Positions 55,283-64,000 of a stretch of 64,000 nucleotides of DNA are shown here, piece after piece. A program made the translations under genes and the position numbers. Origin of the DNA: Lentisphaeria bacterium (lineage in GTDB: Bacteria > Verrucomicrobiota > Lentisphaeria > JABSQK01 > JAWLHB01); the NCBI GenBank assembly GCA_041690595.1, contig JAWLHB010000035.1, forward strand, positions 1 through 64,000, written 5' to 3'. Positions within the stretch are counted from its first letter, which is position 1, and each line of letters starts with the position of its first letter. The notes under the pieces are model-generated. The model searched no databases and was not told the DNA's origin. It worked only from the letters and a program-made list of their open reading frames with translations.

Positions 55283-57664
55283 TTATGTCAGCTTCATGAC
55301 GCGGCCATCGCGGGAGGAGAGGGAGAGGCTGTAGCCGTCGCGGAGGGCGGCCGCGGTGGTGGTGGAGAGGGCCTCGTCGCGCAGGAGATCGCGCGGCTTG
55401 ATCGTGTCGCGTGGAGGGGGGAGGCCCAGTGCCTCCCAGTCGAGGGTAAGAGTACAGCTCGTCTCCTGAGGGTGGAAGTTGAGGAGCACAATGGAGAGTG
55501 CCCCCTGCCGCACACGGGCGAAGGCGAAAACGCCATCGTCGCTTACGTTGACGCCATCGAGAAGCAGGTCGCCGGATTTTAGCTCCGGATGGGCCATGCG
55601 GATCTTCCACTGGCGGCGAAGGTACTCCCAGTGCGCTTTCTCGTGCGGTGCGGGAGCATCGGCCGGCCGGGCGCGAAAGAAAGTCCAGAATTCGGGCTCG
55701 TTGCGAATCGGCTCATCTTGAGCGCCGGTGGCATACATGGAAAGGACTGGCATGCGGCCGCTGTAGAGGTTGAACAGGACTCGCGGCCGGACGCTGTCGC
55801 CCTGGGAACTGGCAGCATCGCCAACGACGTTGGAGACGCTTGCCCATGAACGGGCACCCGGAATCATTGAAAGGATCTCGTCGCGATGGAAGCGAGCTTC
55901 CTCTGTCGCGGTCAAAGGTGTGGTGCGGTAGGGCGGCAGTGGCGGAGGTGTCGCACCCGACCAGGTGTGGGTGAAATCGTTGACGGTTGCCATGCGATAG
56001 CCACCACCTTCGGTGAACGAAAAGAAGTCCGGATTGACCTGTCGTGCCAGACGGCGGGCTTCGCGCTGCAGATTGATGATCTCCAGGCTGATCTGGCCCG
56101 GCCAGGGGCGCAAAGCGTAGTTTGGCGGCATGGGGTTGAAGCTGTCGAAGAAGATGCCGTCCACGCCGTTTGCGGCCCAGTATGCCTGGTTGTGAAGCCA
56201 GAAGGTGCGCCAGCGCGGATGCGTGGTGTCCGCACCGATGGTGGCGCCGCCGAAGGGGGTATAGATCATCTCGTCGTCGACACCGGCGAGGTTGTCGAAC
56301 TTGGGGATCAGCTCATGGCCGGCGACATTCTCGGTTGCCTGGCGTTTGACGGGCCGGCGGAGGCGCACGAAGATCTCCGGCTTCTCCTTGTACATCGGAT
56401 CGAAGACGGTGAGACCATAGCCGGTAACCCAGGCGATGTCCTTCAGGCCACGCTCGTGGATGTAGTCGGTGAGGGCGCGGACCGCCTCTTCTCCGCCGTA
56501 GCTGGTGGTGAGCAGGTAGCGGGTGCCGTCACTTTGCGGCTGACAGCGGCTCATCCACGCCCGTGGCTCCACATCAATGGCGTCCAGCCAGGGTTTGCCC
56601 CACCAGATTGCGGTGCAACCCGCTTCCTTCATGGCATCGATGTAAGGCTTGAGCTTCTCGCAATGGCCGAGGCTGTGCAGCACGACGCCATGGGTGTTGC
56701 CCACGAAGAGTTCGTCGAGATGGGAAGCCGCATCGGTGGGCGGCCTGATGCCGTGCGTGTCGGCGAGCCAGTGGCGGTACTCGTCGAGCATGGTGCCGTA
56801 ATCGCCGGTGAAGGGAACGAGGTGCCAGGTTGCCACCTCCTGCCTTTCCCCGGGGCTCAGCCAGCGCGCCCACCAGACCTGAGCTGATATGCTCCCTGTG
56901 CGCTCCTGCTGATCCGCGCCGACGCGAACGTAGCAGAGGCAGCGGTCGTGGAGGACCGACAGGAGCAGGCCGCTACGCGCGGCATCGCTGTAGGCCATGA
57001 TGCAGGGCAAGACCGCCCCGTGATGGCCGGCCACCAGATTGATGGTTGTGGACCCCATCTCGGCAAAGCGGCCGCGATTGTAGAAGAACGGATAGCCGCA
57101 CGCCGGCGTTACATACTCCGTCGACTCGTAGTCGCCATCCATGCACAAACCTTGCAGCAGATAATCGACGCCTCCGGGGTTGACACCCCAATGGTAGAGA
57201 TCGCCGGCCACCGCCGTCTTACCAGCTGCTTCCCAATCCGGATAGCGATCGATCAGGAGATCGTGATCGGAGACGTTCCGCAGGGCGACGCGTTCCTCGA
57301 TCCATGGACTCTCCCCGCGCAGGGTGATGCTCCGCTCGATTCTCACTTCGGCGTCGCTTGCCGCGAACTCGAGACGGATCATTCCCTCTTCCTCCCAGCG
57401 AAAGATCGTGACCTCGGCCGCCCCCATCTCACTCATGCGGATATCATGTTCGCGTTCTTCGATCGTGGCGCTGGCGGCGATCACCAGGTCCGGCGCCGGC
57501 CCCCCCTGCCGGGCGTCCAGGAGCGTCACGCCGGAGCGGCGGTCGTGAAGATGAGTGAGGATGCCGCCGCGGGAAAGATCCCAGGCAACTTCGTATGCAG
57601 CGTGCGTGGCGGTGAGCAGATGCTCATGGGTGGAGATGGCGAGGCGAGCTGAAGACGTCATCAC
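55283..57664 (-). CDS. Putative glycoside hydrolase: N-terminal beta-sandwich, TIM barrel, amylase-type C-terminal domain
   Basis: AGCTAIW, YGGEEAVRALTDYIHERGLK, GVDGIFFDS, FTEG, VFAFAR...IVLLNF. No signal peptide. Confidence 0.6.
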   Translation of the reverse strand: MMTSSARLAISTHEHLLTATHAAYEVAWDLSRGGILTHLHDRRSGVTLLDARQGGPAPDLVIAASATIEEREHDIRMSEMGAAEVTIFRWEEEGMIRLEFAASDAEVRIERSITLRGESPWIEERVALRNVSDHDLLIDRYPDWEAAGKTAVAGDLYHWGVNPGGVDYLLQGLCMDGDYESTEYVTPACGYPFFYNRGRFAEMGSTTINLVAGHHGAVLPCIMAYSDAARSGLLLSVLHDRCLCYVRVGADQQERTGSISAQVWWARWLSPGERQEVATWHLVPFTGDYGTMLDEYRHWLADTHGIRPPTDAASHLDELFVGNTHGVVLHSLGHCEKLKPYIDAMKEAGCTAIWWGKPWLDAIDVEPRAWMSRCQPQSDGTRYLLTTSYGGEEAVRALTDYIHERGLKDIAWVTGYGLTVFDPMYKEKPEIFVRLRRPVKRQATENVAGHELIPKFDNLAGVDDEMIYTPFGGATIGADTTHPRWRTFWLHNQAYWAANGVDGIFFDSFNPMPPNYALRPWPGQISLEIINLQREARRLARQVNPDFFSFTEGGGYRMATVNDFTHTWSGATPPPLPPYRTTPLTATEEARFHRDEILSMIPGARSWASVSNVVGDAASSQGDSVRPRVLFNLYSGRMPVLSMYATGAQDEPIRNEPEFWTFFRARPADAPAPHEKAHWEYLRRQWKIRMAHPELKSGDLLLDGVNVSDDGVFAFARVRQGALSIVLLNFHPQETSCTLTLDWEALGLPPPRDTIKPRDLLRDEALSTTTAAALRDGYSLSLSSRDGRVMKLT

Positions 57665-57717
57665 GAAGACTCCCTTTGGTCAGTAGGCTCCCAGGTACGC
57701 TGCAAATTCACCTTTTT

Positions 57718-58905
57718 CTAGATGTCCAGCTCGCGTTTGACGGCGGCAAACTGCTCCAGTGCGAAAGCGAGATCCTCCTGGGTGTGCGCCGCGGACATCT
57801 GGGTGCGAATGCGTGCCTGGCCCTTGGGCACCACCGGAAAGAAGAAGCCGATCACGTAGACGCCGCGCTCCAGCAGCAGCTCGGCCATGCGCGTTGCCAG
57901 GTGCGCATCGCCCAGCATGATGGGGATGATGGGGTGTTCTCCCGGCACAATGTCGAAGCCGAGGCGGGCAAGCTCGGTGCGGAAGAGCCGGGTATTGGCG
58001 AAGAGGCGGTCCCGCAGTTCGGAACTCTCGGTCACCAGGTCGAGGGCCGCCAGGGAGGCGCCGGCGACCACTGGCGCCACGGAGTTGGAGAAGAGGTAGG
58101 GCCGCGAGCGCTGGCGCAGCAGCTCGATGATCTCGGGGCGTCCGCTGGTATAGCCGCCGCTGGCGCCGCCCAGAGCCTTGCCCAAGGTGCCGGTGATGAT
58201 GTCGACCCGGTCGAGGACGCCGCGATACTCGTGGGTGCCCCGGCCATTGGCGCCGAGGAATCCCACCGCGTGCGAATCGTCCACCATCACCAGAGCCTGG
58301 TAGCGTTCCGCGAGATCGCAGATTGCATCGAGCCTGGCGATGGTTCCGTCCATGGAGAAGACGCCGTCGGTAGCAATGAGCCGATGACGGGCGGAGGCCG
58401 CATTCTTGAGGGCCTGTTCCAACTCGCCCATGTTGCTGCTCGCATAGCGATAGCGCTGCGCCTTGCAGAGTCGGATGCCGTCGATGATGCTCGCGTGGTT
58501 GAGCTGGTCGGAGATGACGGCGTCTTCCGCGTCCAGCAGGGTCTCGAAGAGTCCGCCGTTGGCGTCGAAGCATGAGCTGTAGAGGATGGTGGCGCCGGTG
58601 CCCAGGAATTCGCTGAGCCGTTCTTCGAGCCGCAGATGCAGCGCCTGAGTGCCGCAGATAAAGCGGACGGACGCCATGCCGTACCCCCACTCCCGCAGGG
58701 TTGCCTGCGCCGCCTCGACCAGCCGCGGATGATTGGCCAACCCCAGATAGTTGTTGGCACAGAGGTTGAGGACCGGCCGCTCCCGTCCAACCTCCACCCG
58801 CGCGCTCTGCGGACTTCGCAGGACCCGCTCTGACTTGAACAAGCCGCTCTCGCGGATCTCGTCCAGTCGGCCATTCACGAAATCGCGATATGCCTGGTAC
58901 ATCAT
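57718..58905 (-). CDS. kbl: 2-amino-3-ketobutyrate CoA ligase (glycine C-acetyltransferase)
   Basis: [44 protein letters not shown] (PLP Lys), [11 protein letters not shown]. Confidence 0.97.
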   Translation of the reverse strand: MMYQAYRDFVNGRLDEIRESGLFKSERVLRSPQSARVEVGRERPVLNLCANNYLGLANHPRLVEAAQATLREWGYGMASVRFICGTQALHLRLEERLSEFLGTGATILYSSCFDANGGLFETLLDAEDAVISDQLNHASIIDGIRLCKAQRYRYASSNMGELEQALKNAASARHRLIATDGVFSMDGTIARLDAICDLAERYQALVMVDDSHAVGFLGANGRGTHEYRGVLDRVDIITGTLGKALGGASGGYTSGRPEIIELLRQRSRPYLFSNSVAPVVAGASLAALDLVTESSELRDRLFANTRLFRTELARLGFDIVPGEHPIIPIMLGDAHLATRMAELLLERGVYVIGFFFPVVPKGQARIRTQMSAAHTQEDLAFALEQFAAVKRELDI

Positions 58906-59936
58906 GAATCGTGCTCCCAGTTGATGATCACCTTAAGGGCCTCGCCGGAGATCATGGCCGCAAAGGCCGCTTCGTACTCCGTGTAGTGAAAGCGATGGGT
59001 GATAACCGGGCTGATGTCGAGCCCGCTCTGCAGCATCACCGTCATCTTATACCATGTCTCGTACATCTCCCGTCCGTAAATACCTTTGATCGTCAGCATG
59101 TTGAAGATAACGATATTCCAGTCGATGGCGAAGGTTTTCGGCGGGATTCCGAGCATGGCGATCTTTGCTCCATGGCACATGTTCGCCAGCATGGCGTGGA
59201 AGGCATCGGGGTTGCCGGACATCTCGAGGCCGACGTCGAAGCCCTCGTGCATCTCCAGCTCTTTCTGTACCTGCTCGATGGTCTCGTTGCGCACATCGAC
59301 CACCCGCGTGGCGCCCATCTGCTTGGCGAGGTCGAGCCGTTTGGGATTGACATCGGTGACGACGACGTAGCGGGCGCCGGCGTGGCGAGCGACGGCGGTG
59401 GCCATGCAGCCGATCGGTCCGGCGCCGGTAATGAGCACATCCTCCCCGAGAACTGGGAAGGTGAGGGCCGTATGCACCGCGTTGCCGAAGGGGTCGAAGA
59501 GGGCGGCGATTTCGCGGTCGATACCGGGCTGATGATGCCACACGTTGGTCATCGGCAGAGAGAGGTACTCCGCGTAGGCTCCCGGCCGATTCACGCCAAC
59601 GCCCTTGGTGTCGTTGCAGAGGTGACGTCGTCCCGCCAGGCAGTTGCGGCATCGGCCGCAGACCACGTGGCCTTCGCCGCTGACCAGATCTCCGGGAAAG
59701 AAGTCCGACACGTTGGATCCCACCCGCTCGACCCGGCCTACAAACTCGTGGCCCACCACCATCGGCACCGGTATCGTTTTCCGCGCCCACTCGTCCCACT
59801 CATAGATGTGCACGTCTGTTCCGCAGATGGCCGTCTTCTCGATGCGGATCAGGACATCGTTGATTCCCACCGCCGGCTCGGGCACATCCTCCAGCCACAA
59901 GCCCCGGGCAGATTCCCGTTTAACTAGCGCTTTCAT
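58902..59936 (-). CDS. tdh: L-threonine 3-dehydrogenase
   Basis: [54 protein letters not shown]. Confidence 0.97.
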   Translation of the reverse strand: MKALVKRESARGLWLEDVPEPAVGINDVLIRIEKTAICGTDVHIYEWDEWARKTIPVPMVVGHEFVGRVERVGSNVSDFFPGDLVSGEGHVVCGRCRNCLAGRRHLCNDTKGVGVNRPGAYAEYLSLPMTNVWHHQPGIDREIAALFDPFGNAVHTALTFPVLGEDVLITGAGPIGCMATAVARHAGARYVVVTDVNPKRLDLAKQMGATRVVDVRNETIEQVQKELEMHEGFDVGLEMSGNPDAFHAMLANMCHGAKIAMLGIPPKTFAIDWNIVIFNMLTIKGIYGREMYETWYKMTVMLQSGLDISPVITHRFHYTEYEAAFAAMISGEALKVIINWEHDS

Positions 59937-59969
59937 CCGCGGGCACTCCTTTCTTTTTTTACAGGATCC

Positions 59970-59998
59970 AGTATAGTGGAGAGTATATCCACTATACT
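59970..59998. promoter_or_regulatory. Palindromic operator between tdh and the divergent XRE regulator
   Basis: AGTATAGTGGA-N7-TCCACTATACT, perfect 11-bp inverted repeat in an AT-rich intergenic region. Confidence 0.7.
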
Positions 59999-60041
59999 AA
60001 AGCCAGTGACATCCACTTTACAAGACGTTTTGTGCAAGATA

Positions 60042-60638
60042 ATGGAAGACCTCCCAAGAAAACTGGACACCGATGCCGTTGTCGCCGCTGCTTCCACCGA
60101 AGTTTGCCGGCGCATCCGGGAGTTGCGCGCCGCCCGTGGCTGGCCGCTGGAACGTCTGGCGACGGCCAGTGGGGTCAGCCGCTCCATGCTCAGCCAGATC
60201 GAGCGTGAGCGCGCCAATCCCACCCTCGCCGTCACGCTGCGCATCGCACATGCTTTCGACATGACCCTCAGCGAGCTGGTGGAGTCGGGGGATCTGCCGC
60301 CGCGCATCGATGTCATTCGTGCCGACGATGAGCGGCATGTCTTCCGCTCGGACAACGACTGTCGGATCCGGACCCTCTCGCCGCTGAACCTGGAGAAGGA
60401 TGTGGAGTTCTACGAAGTGCGCCTGCGGCCGGGCGGCACGTTGCGCAGTGCGCCCCATTTCGAAGGGACGCGGGAATTCCTCACCGTCGAGAGCGGCCAG
60501 CTCCGCATTGAATCCGGCCCGACCCTCTCGGATCTTTGCCGAGGTGACTCCGCGAGCTATCGCGCCGATCTGCCGCATGCGATCGTCAACACTGGCGAGG
60601 GGGATGCGCTGATGTTTCTGGTCGTGATCTACGCGTGA
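60042..60638 (+). CDS. XRE-family HTH regulator with C-terminal cupin domain
   Basis: IRELRAARGWPLERLATASGVSRSMLSQIERERANPTL; cupin HFEGTRE...DLPHAIVN. Confidence 0.92.
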   Translation: MEDLPRKLDTDAVVAAASTEVCRRIRELRAARGWPLERLATASGVSRSMLSQIERERANPTLAVTLRIAHAFDMTLSELVESGDLPPRIDVIRADDERHVFRSDNDCRIRTLSPLNLEKDVEFYEVRLRPGGTLRSAPHFEGTREFLTVESGQLRIESGPTLSDLCRGDSASYRADLPHAIVNTGEGDALMFLVVIYA

Positions 60639-61469
60639 TCAACGCGGCCGCCAGGCCATGAAGCGCAGCTCATTGGAAATGCCCAGCCGACGCAGCGCGA
60701 ATTGCGCCAGGGCGCCGATCCCCCGCTGGCTGCCCCCGCCCAGTCGAGCCACCCGGACCACGTTCGTGAAGCCGCTTTCGCGCAGCAACGCCGCCAATCG
60801 CCGGCGATCGAAGAATTGGAGATGCGTCGGGTTGCTGTAGCAAAGGCTTCGCTCAGGGGCGCCGCCCAGCGACTGGTAGGAGAGCCGGTTCGGCACCGTC
60901 ACCAGAAAAAGCCCTCCCGGCACCAGCCGGTCGAAGATGGCGCGACATACCGCCCGTGGGTCCGCCACGTGTTCCAGCACCTGCAGCAGCGTAATGCACT
61001 CGAAGGTGCTCGGCAACTCGTGCAGTTCCTCCGCGGTGCCCGCCGGGATCTCGATTTCCGGCAGGGCGCGACGAAGATGCACGCATGCTTCGGGGGAGGA
61101 TTCGATCGCGGACAGCTTCAGCCGCGGCCACGCCGCATGCGCCGCGAGCAGAAATCCGCCGGTTCCCGCCCCCACATCGAGGAGCGTGCCGACGCTTTCC
61201 ATGTGTGGCGCCAGGTCCGCCACAATGCCCAGCCAGACGTCTTGGTTCTCCTCGATCCACGCGTCGATGCGCGGATCTTCCGGCGAGCTGTAGTAGCTTT
61301 CGCGATAATGAGCCGTCAAGGCCGCCGGGCTGTAGGTGCGCGCGTAGACGAAGCCGCATCCTCCGCACCGGACGATCTGTCGGTGATCGAGCTGGATGTA
61401 TGGCGTGCAGTCGGCACTCTCACAGAGCACACACCCCGTTCGAGTACACATGTCAGGAGCTTCATTCAT
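60639..61469 (-). CDS. Class I SAM-dependent methyltransferase with N-terminal zinc ribbon
   Basis: CVLC and CGGC, LLDVGAGTG, VLEHVADP, LVPGG, VPN, HLQFF. Confidence 0.85.
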   Translation of the reverse strand: MNEAPDMCTRTGCVLCESADCTPYIQLDHRQIVRCGGCGFVYARTYSPAALTAHYRESYYSSPEDPRIDAWIEENQDVWLGIVADLAPHMESVGTLLDVGAGTGGFLLAAHAAWPRLKLSAIESSPEACVHLRRALPEIEIPAGTAEELHELPSTFECITLLQVLEHVADPRAVCRAIFDRLVPGGLFLVTVPNRLSYQSLGGAPERSLCYSNPTHLQFFDRRRLAALLRESGFTNVVRVARLGGGSQRGIGALAQFALRRLGISNELRFMAWRPR

Positions 61470-61590
61470 GCCAAAACGTAGTTCCCACCGCCCCCAATAG
61501 CAACCACTCTTGTGGGAGTCGCCAAGGTGGTTTCCCCGCTTCACTTGGCATGGCTATGTACACGCAGATCGCCGAAATCTCGATTGCTGA

Positions 61591-62277
61591 TCATCTGCAT
61601 TCACCGAGAGCCTCCAGAGAGTTGACCCATTCACGGAAATGCCGGCATCTTTGCTTCAGCTTTGCGATGCCAACTCTCTCCAGAATGAGCGGACCCGCGT
61701 TTGGCTTATCGTACTCGGGGATGGCCAGCTCAATTCGCTTGGATGGCGCTGTCGTCGGGCCATCGTCGATCAGTTCAGGATTCATGCTGTTCGCGATTGC
61801 AGCCAGACTTGCTATTGCTGTTTCGTGTTCGAGATACTCCCAGTCCATGGCCCGCGGATCCGCGAAGAGCAGTGTCTCAAATTCGTGGAGCTGAATATAG
61901 GGGAGGAACCGGCTATCCGCAATATCCAGTTGCAACGCCTGCTCCAAATGGGCGACACGCGCATAGGGATCGAGAATTGTCCCTGCTTTGTCAGATCCGG
62001 GAAAATCCGCGGGCAGTGCGTACAGGTCAAACATGGTTGTGAAACGAACATCGGGCGACTTGCGCTCGAGCATCCAGTTACCAATGTCGCGCCTTACGGT
62101 TGTGTAGGCGTTCGACAGGCGGAATCCGCCCCGGAACTGGCGAGCAAGCCTGTTCTTCTTGCTGGTCAGGACAGATCGAGGCTCTGCCCACACGCCGAAC
62201 TGGCTAAGGTGAGGAGCCAGAACTCTCTTGACAAAGCGTTCTTCCGTCAAGCCTTCCGTCGTTACGCAAACGTTCAT
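61591..62277 (-). CDS. DUF4276-like (TOPRIM-like) protein
   Basis: TEGLTEERFV, FRGG, TTMFDLYALP, YIQLHEFETLLF, NPELIDDG...APSKR, CRHFREW. ATGA overlap with the upstream ATPase. Confidence 0.8.
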   Translation of the reverse strand: MNVCVTTEGLTEERFVKRVLAPHLSQFGVWAEPRSVLTSKKNRLARQFRGGFRLSNAYTTVRRDIGNWMLERKSPDVRFTTMFDLYALPADFPGSDKAGTILDPYARVAHLEQALQLDIADSRFLPYIQLHEFETLLFADPRAMDWEYLEHETAIASLAAIANSMNPELIDDGPTTAPSKRIELAIPEYDKPNAGPLILERVGIAKLKQRCRHFREWVNSLEALGECR

Positions 62278-63398
62278 GGTTTTCCCCCCAGAACGTTCTT
62301 CTCCCATAACTCGCTCAACGTATACTCCTGCAACCATGAGCCGAGTCTCTCCGCATCGAGCCGCTTCAACACACTCTTTGATTTGGGGTCGCGCTCGATG
62401 ATGACGATACTCTCCGGGTCGAATTCATCCACGAGTTGAGGCGATTGCGTCGACAAGATGACCTGCGAATGCTGGCAAGCTCGTTTCACCATAGCACAAA
62501 GCGCATTGAGTGCGGAGGGATGAAGCCCCAGTTCGGGCTCATCCAGAATAATGACGGCGGGAAGATCGCTGGGAGGCTGCAGCAGCAACGTTGTCAGAGC
62601 GATGAAACGCAGAGTACCGTCGGATAGCTGATGGGGGCCGAAGATGAGATCTGAGCCCATCTCGCGCCACTCAAGCATGATGTTGTTGTCCCGAAGTTTA
62701 AGCGGGTGCAGGTCGAAGTCGCCGAAAAGAGGAAAGGCCAGGCGTACATGCCGGACAATGCGTTCGTAATAGCTTCTGGTTTCTTTGTTCTCCCCCATGG
62801 CATGCAGGTAGGCCGCCAGATTTCCCGCATCGCTCCTCAAATACCTGTTGTCGTTGATGTAGCCACTTTGCCGAATCTTCGCCGAGGCGGATGTATCATG
62901 GAACTGGTAGACTCGGCAGTTGCCGATAATGCCACGCATCACCTTGCAGGTGTGGCTATCGGAATCAGCCAGTTGGCTTTCTTCCTTTCCCACATCCAAA
63001 TGGTGTTCTGACGGCTGAGGATGGTCTTTTCTGGAATAGTTCACGACCTCGCGCGTGAAGATCAACCGGTCTCTTGCGGCGTATGCCAGCGTTATCCCAT
63101 AGCTGCTCGTCGTATCTGAAGTCTCGAAAACCAGATCGACTGCACAGTGATTGGTCGTCTTCACTCCATAGTGGAGGAGGGCATCCGGCCCTCCCGATCG
63201 CCCTACAAACTCCGCAAGCCCCTGATTTGTCAGAAAGTTCAGCAGTTGGAAGAGCGACACCAGATTGCTCTTGCCCGAGCCATTGGCCCCGAGCAGCACC
63301 GTAACGTCGCCAACCTCCAGAGTCTGGGGCTCGGAGCCAAAAGACTTGTATCCGGATACAGTCACGGATTTCAACTTCGCTGGTTTCGTTTTGGCCAT
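62274..63398 (-). CDS. ABC/SMC-like ATPase (AAA_21 family)
   Basis: GYKSF, Walker A GANGSGKS, YQFHDTS, LSDGTLRF, Walker B IILDEPELGLHP, STQSP, LWEKNVLGG. Confidence 0.9.
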   Translation of the reverse strand: MAKTKPAKLKSVTVSGYKSFGSEPQTLEVGDVTVLLGANGSGKSNLVSLFQLLNFLTNQGLAEFVGRSGGPDALLHYGVKTTNHCAVDLVFETSDTTSSYGITLAYAARDRLIFTREVVNYSRKDHPQPSEHHLDVGKEESQLADSDSHTCKVMRGIIGNCRVYQFHDTSASAKIRQSGYINDNRYLRSDAGNLAAYLHAMGENKETRSYYERIVRHVRLAFPLFGDFDLHPLKLRDNNIMLEWREMGSDLIFGPHQLSDGTLRFIALTTLLLQPPSDLPAVIILDEPELGLHPSALNALCAMVKRACQHSQVILSTQSPQLVDEFDPESIVIIERDPKSKSVLKRLDAERLGSWLQEYTLSELWEKNVLGGKP

Positions 63399-63898
63399 CG
63401 TACCATCATCCTGTCTTGCGCCTTCTCACATGCGCTTGTGGAGTTCTCCTTACGAGGAGGGGGACCTTCCAAGTGTCGCCGTGGCGCTTGAGGTTGGTCT
63501 GCCGTCTGAGGTCATATGCAACTCCTGTTCCCCCGCTCAGTTGTGCGATGACGCTGCATTGATGTCTTACGGTAGCGCGACTTCACCACGGTACAAGACC
63601 GAGATGATCGCTGCTTTGATCGCCGCGGGGGGCGGTGTGGCGTCTGCGCCACTACCGCCACCTGTTCCTGGAAAGGGTGGCCACAAATGCGGGCATCTTC
63701 TGGCTATTCAGCGTGGCTCAATCCGGGGGCGCGGAGAGGGGCTGCAATCTGGCAGTTCAGCGGAGGGGGCAGGGAGCCTGGAATCCGCAGTGGGTGGGCT
63801 GGCGTTCGGCGTCTGCAATGCGGTGAGACAGCCTTGACTTTTGCGGGGGTGGGGGTATTGGTTCGGCTTGCCCAGAGCCCTATCACACAGGCGTCATC

Positions 63899-64000
63899 AT
63901 GACTCTACTTCCACCTACCCGATCACGACTTGTGCCCTGCATTGCCGCGTTGGCGGCGGTGCTGGTTTTCTCGCTGTCGGCCAATCTTCTGCCCGCGGCG
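63899..64000 (+). CDS. 5' end of a probable secreted protein (runs off the window)
   Basis: ATG at 63899 opens MTLLPPTRSRLVPCIAALAAVLVFSLSANLLPAA, signal-peptide-like, with no stop before the edge. Confidence 0.45.
   Translation, partial: MTLLPPTRSRLVPCIAALAAVLVFSLSANLLPAA

Noticed and set aside
63400..63890. Short ORFs (190 aa, 63 aa, 71 aa, 60 aa) upstream of the ATPase
   Set aside because: No RBS or motif support and no recognisable homology; treated as intergenic or decayed DNA.
1..64000. tRNA, rRNA, transposase, integrase or prophage genes
   Set aside because: None recognised by eye; a tRNAscan-SE, Infernal and ISEScan run would be needed to exclude small or divergent elements.

Overview
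GC-rich bacterial window. Two pilin-like [18 protein letters not shown]...H-X9-D(G/S) genes and many large uncharacterised glycan-active proteins suggest a PVC-superphylum organism, probably Lentisphaerota-like (inference, not a database result). In order: an orphan secreted protein; ddl, rhomboid, GH20, a rubrerythrin-VIT1 fusion, M32 carboxypeptidase and a BASS transporter; a 17.6-kb minus-strand operon (LacI regulator, H-X9-DG pilin, two paralogous heparinase II/III-like giants, a pyruvyl-transferase homologue, two GH29 fucosidases, a GH29/GH107-like enzyme and a large secreted protein) with no recognisable transporter; a patchwork stretch with three short gene relics; a second regulator-pilin-secreted enzyme cassette; bacterioferritin; a PDZ/DxxGxDxY-repeat lipoprotein; a complete four-gene Wadjet (type II-like) system; more putative glycan enzymes; mlaEFDC; tdh-kbl with a divergent XRE-cupin regulator and palindromic operator; a methyltransferase; and a lower-GC ABC-type ATPase + DUF4276-like (TOPRIM-like) pair. 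I saw no rRNA, tRNA, CRISPR array, transposase or integrase. All family calls come from motif recognition by eye, and many starts were moved from the ORF track to an RBS-supported codon.
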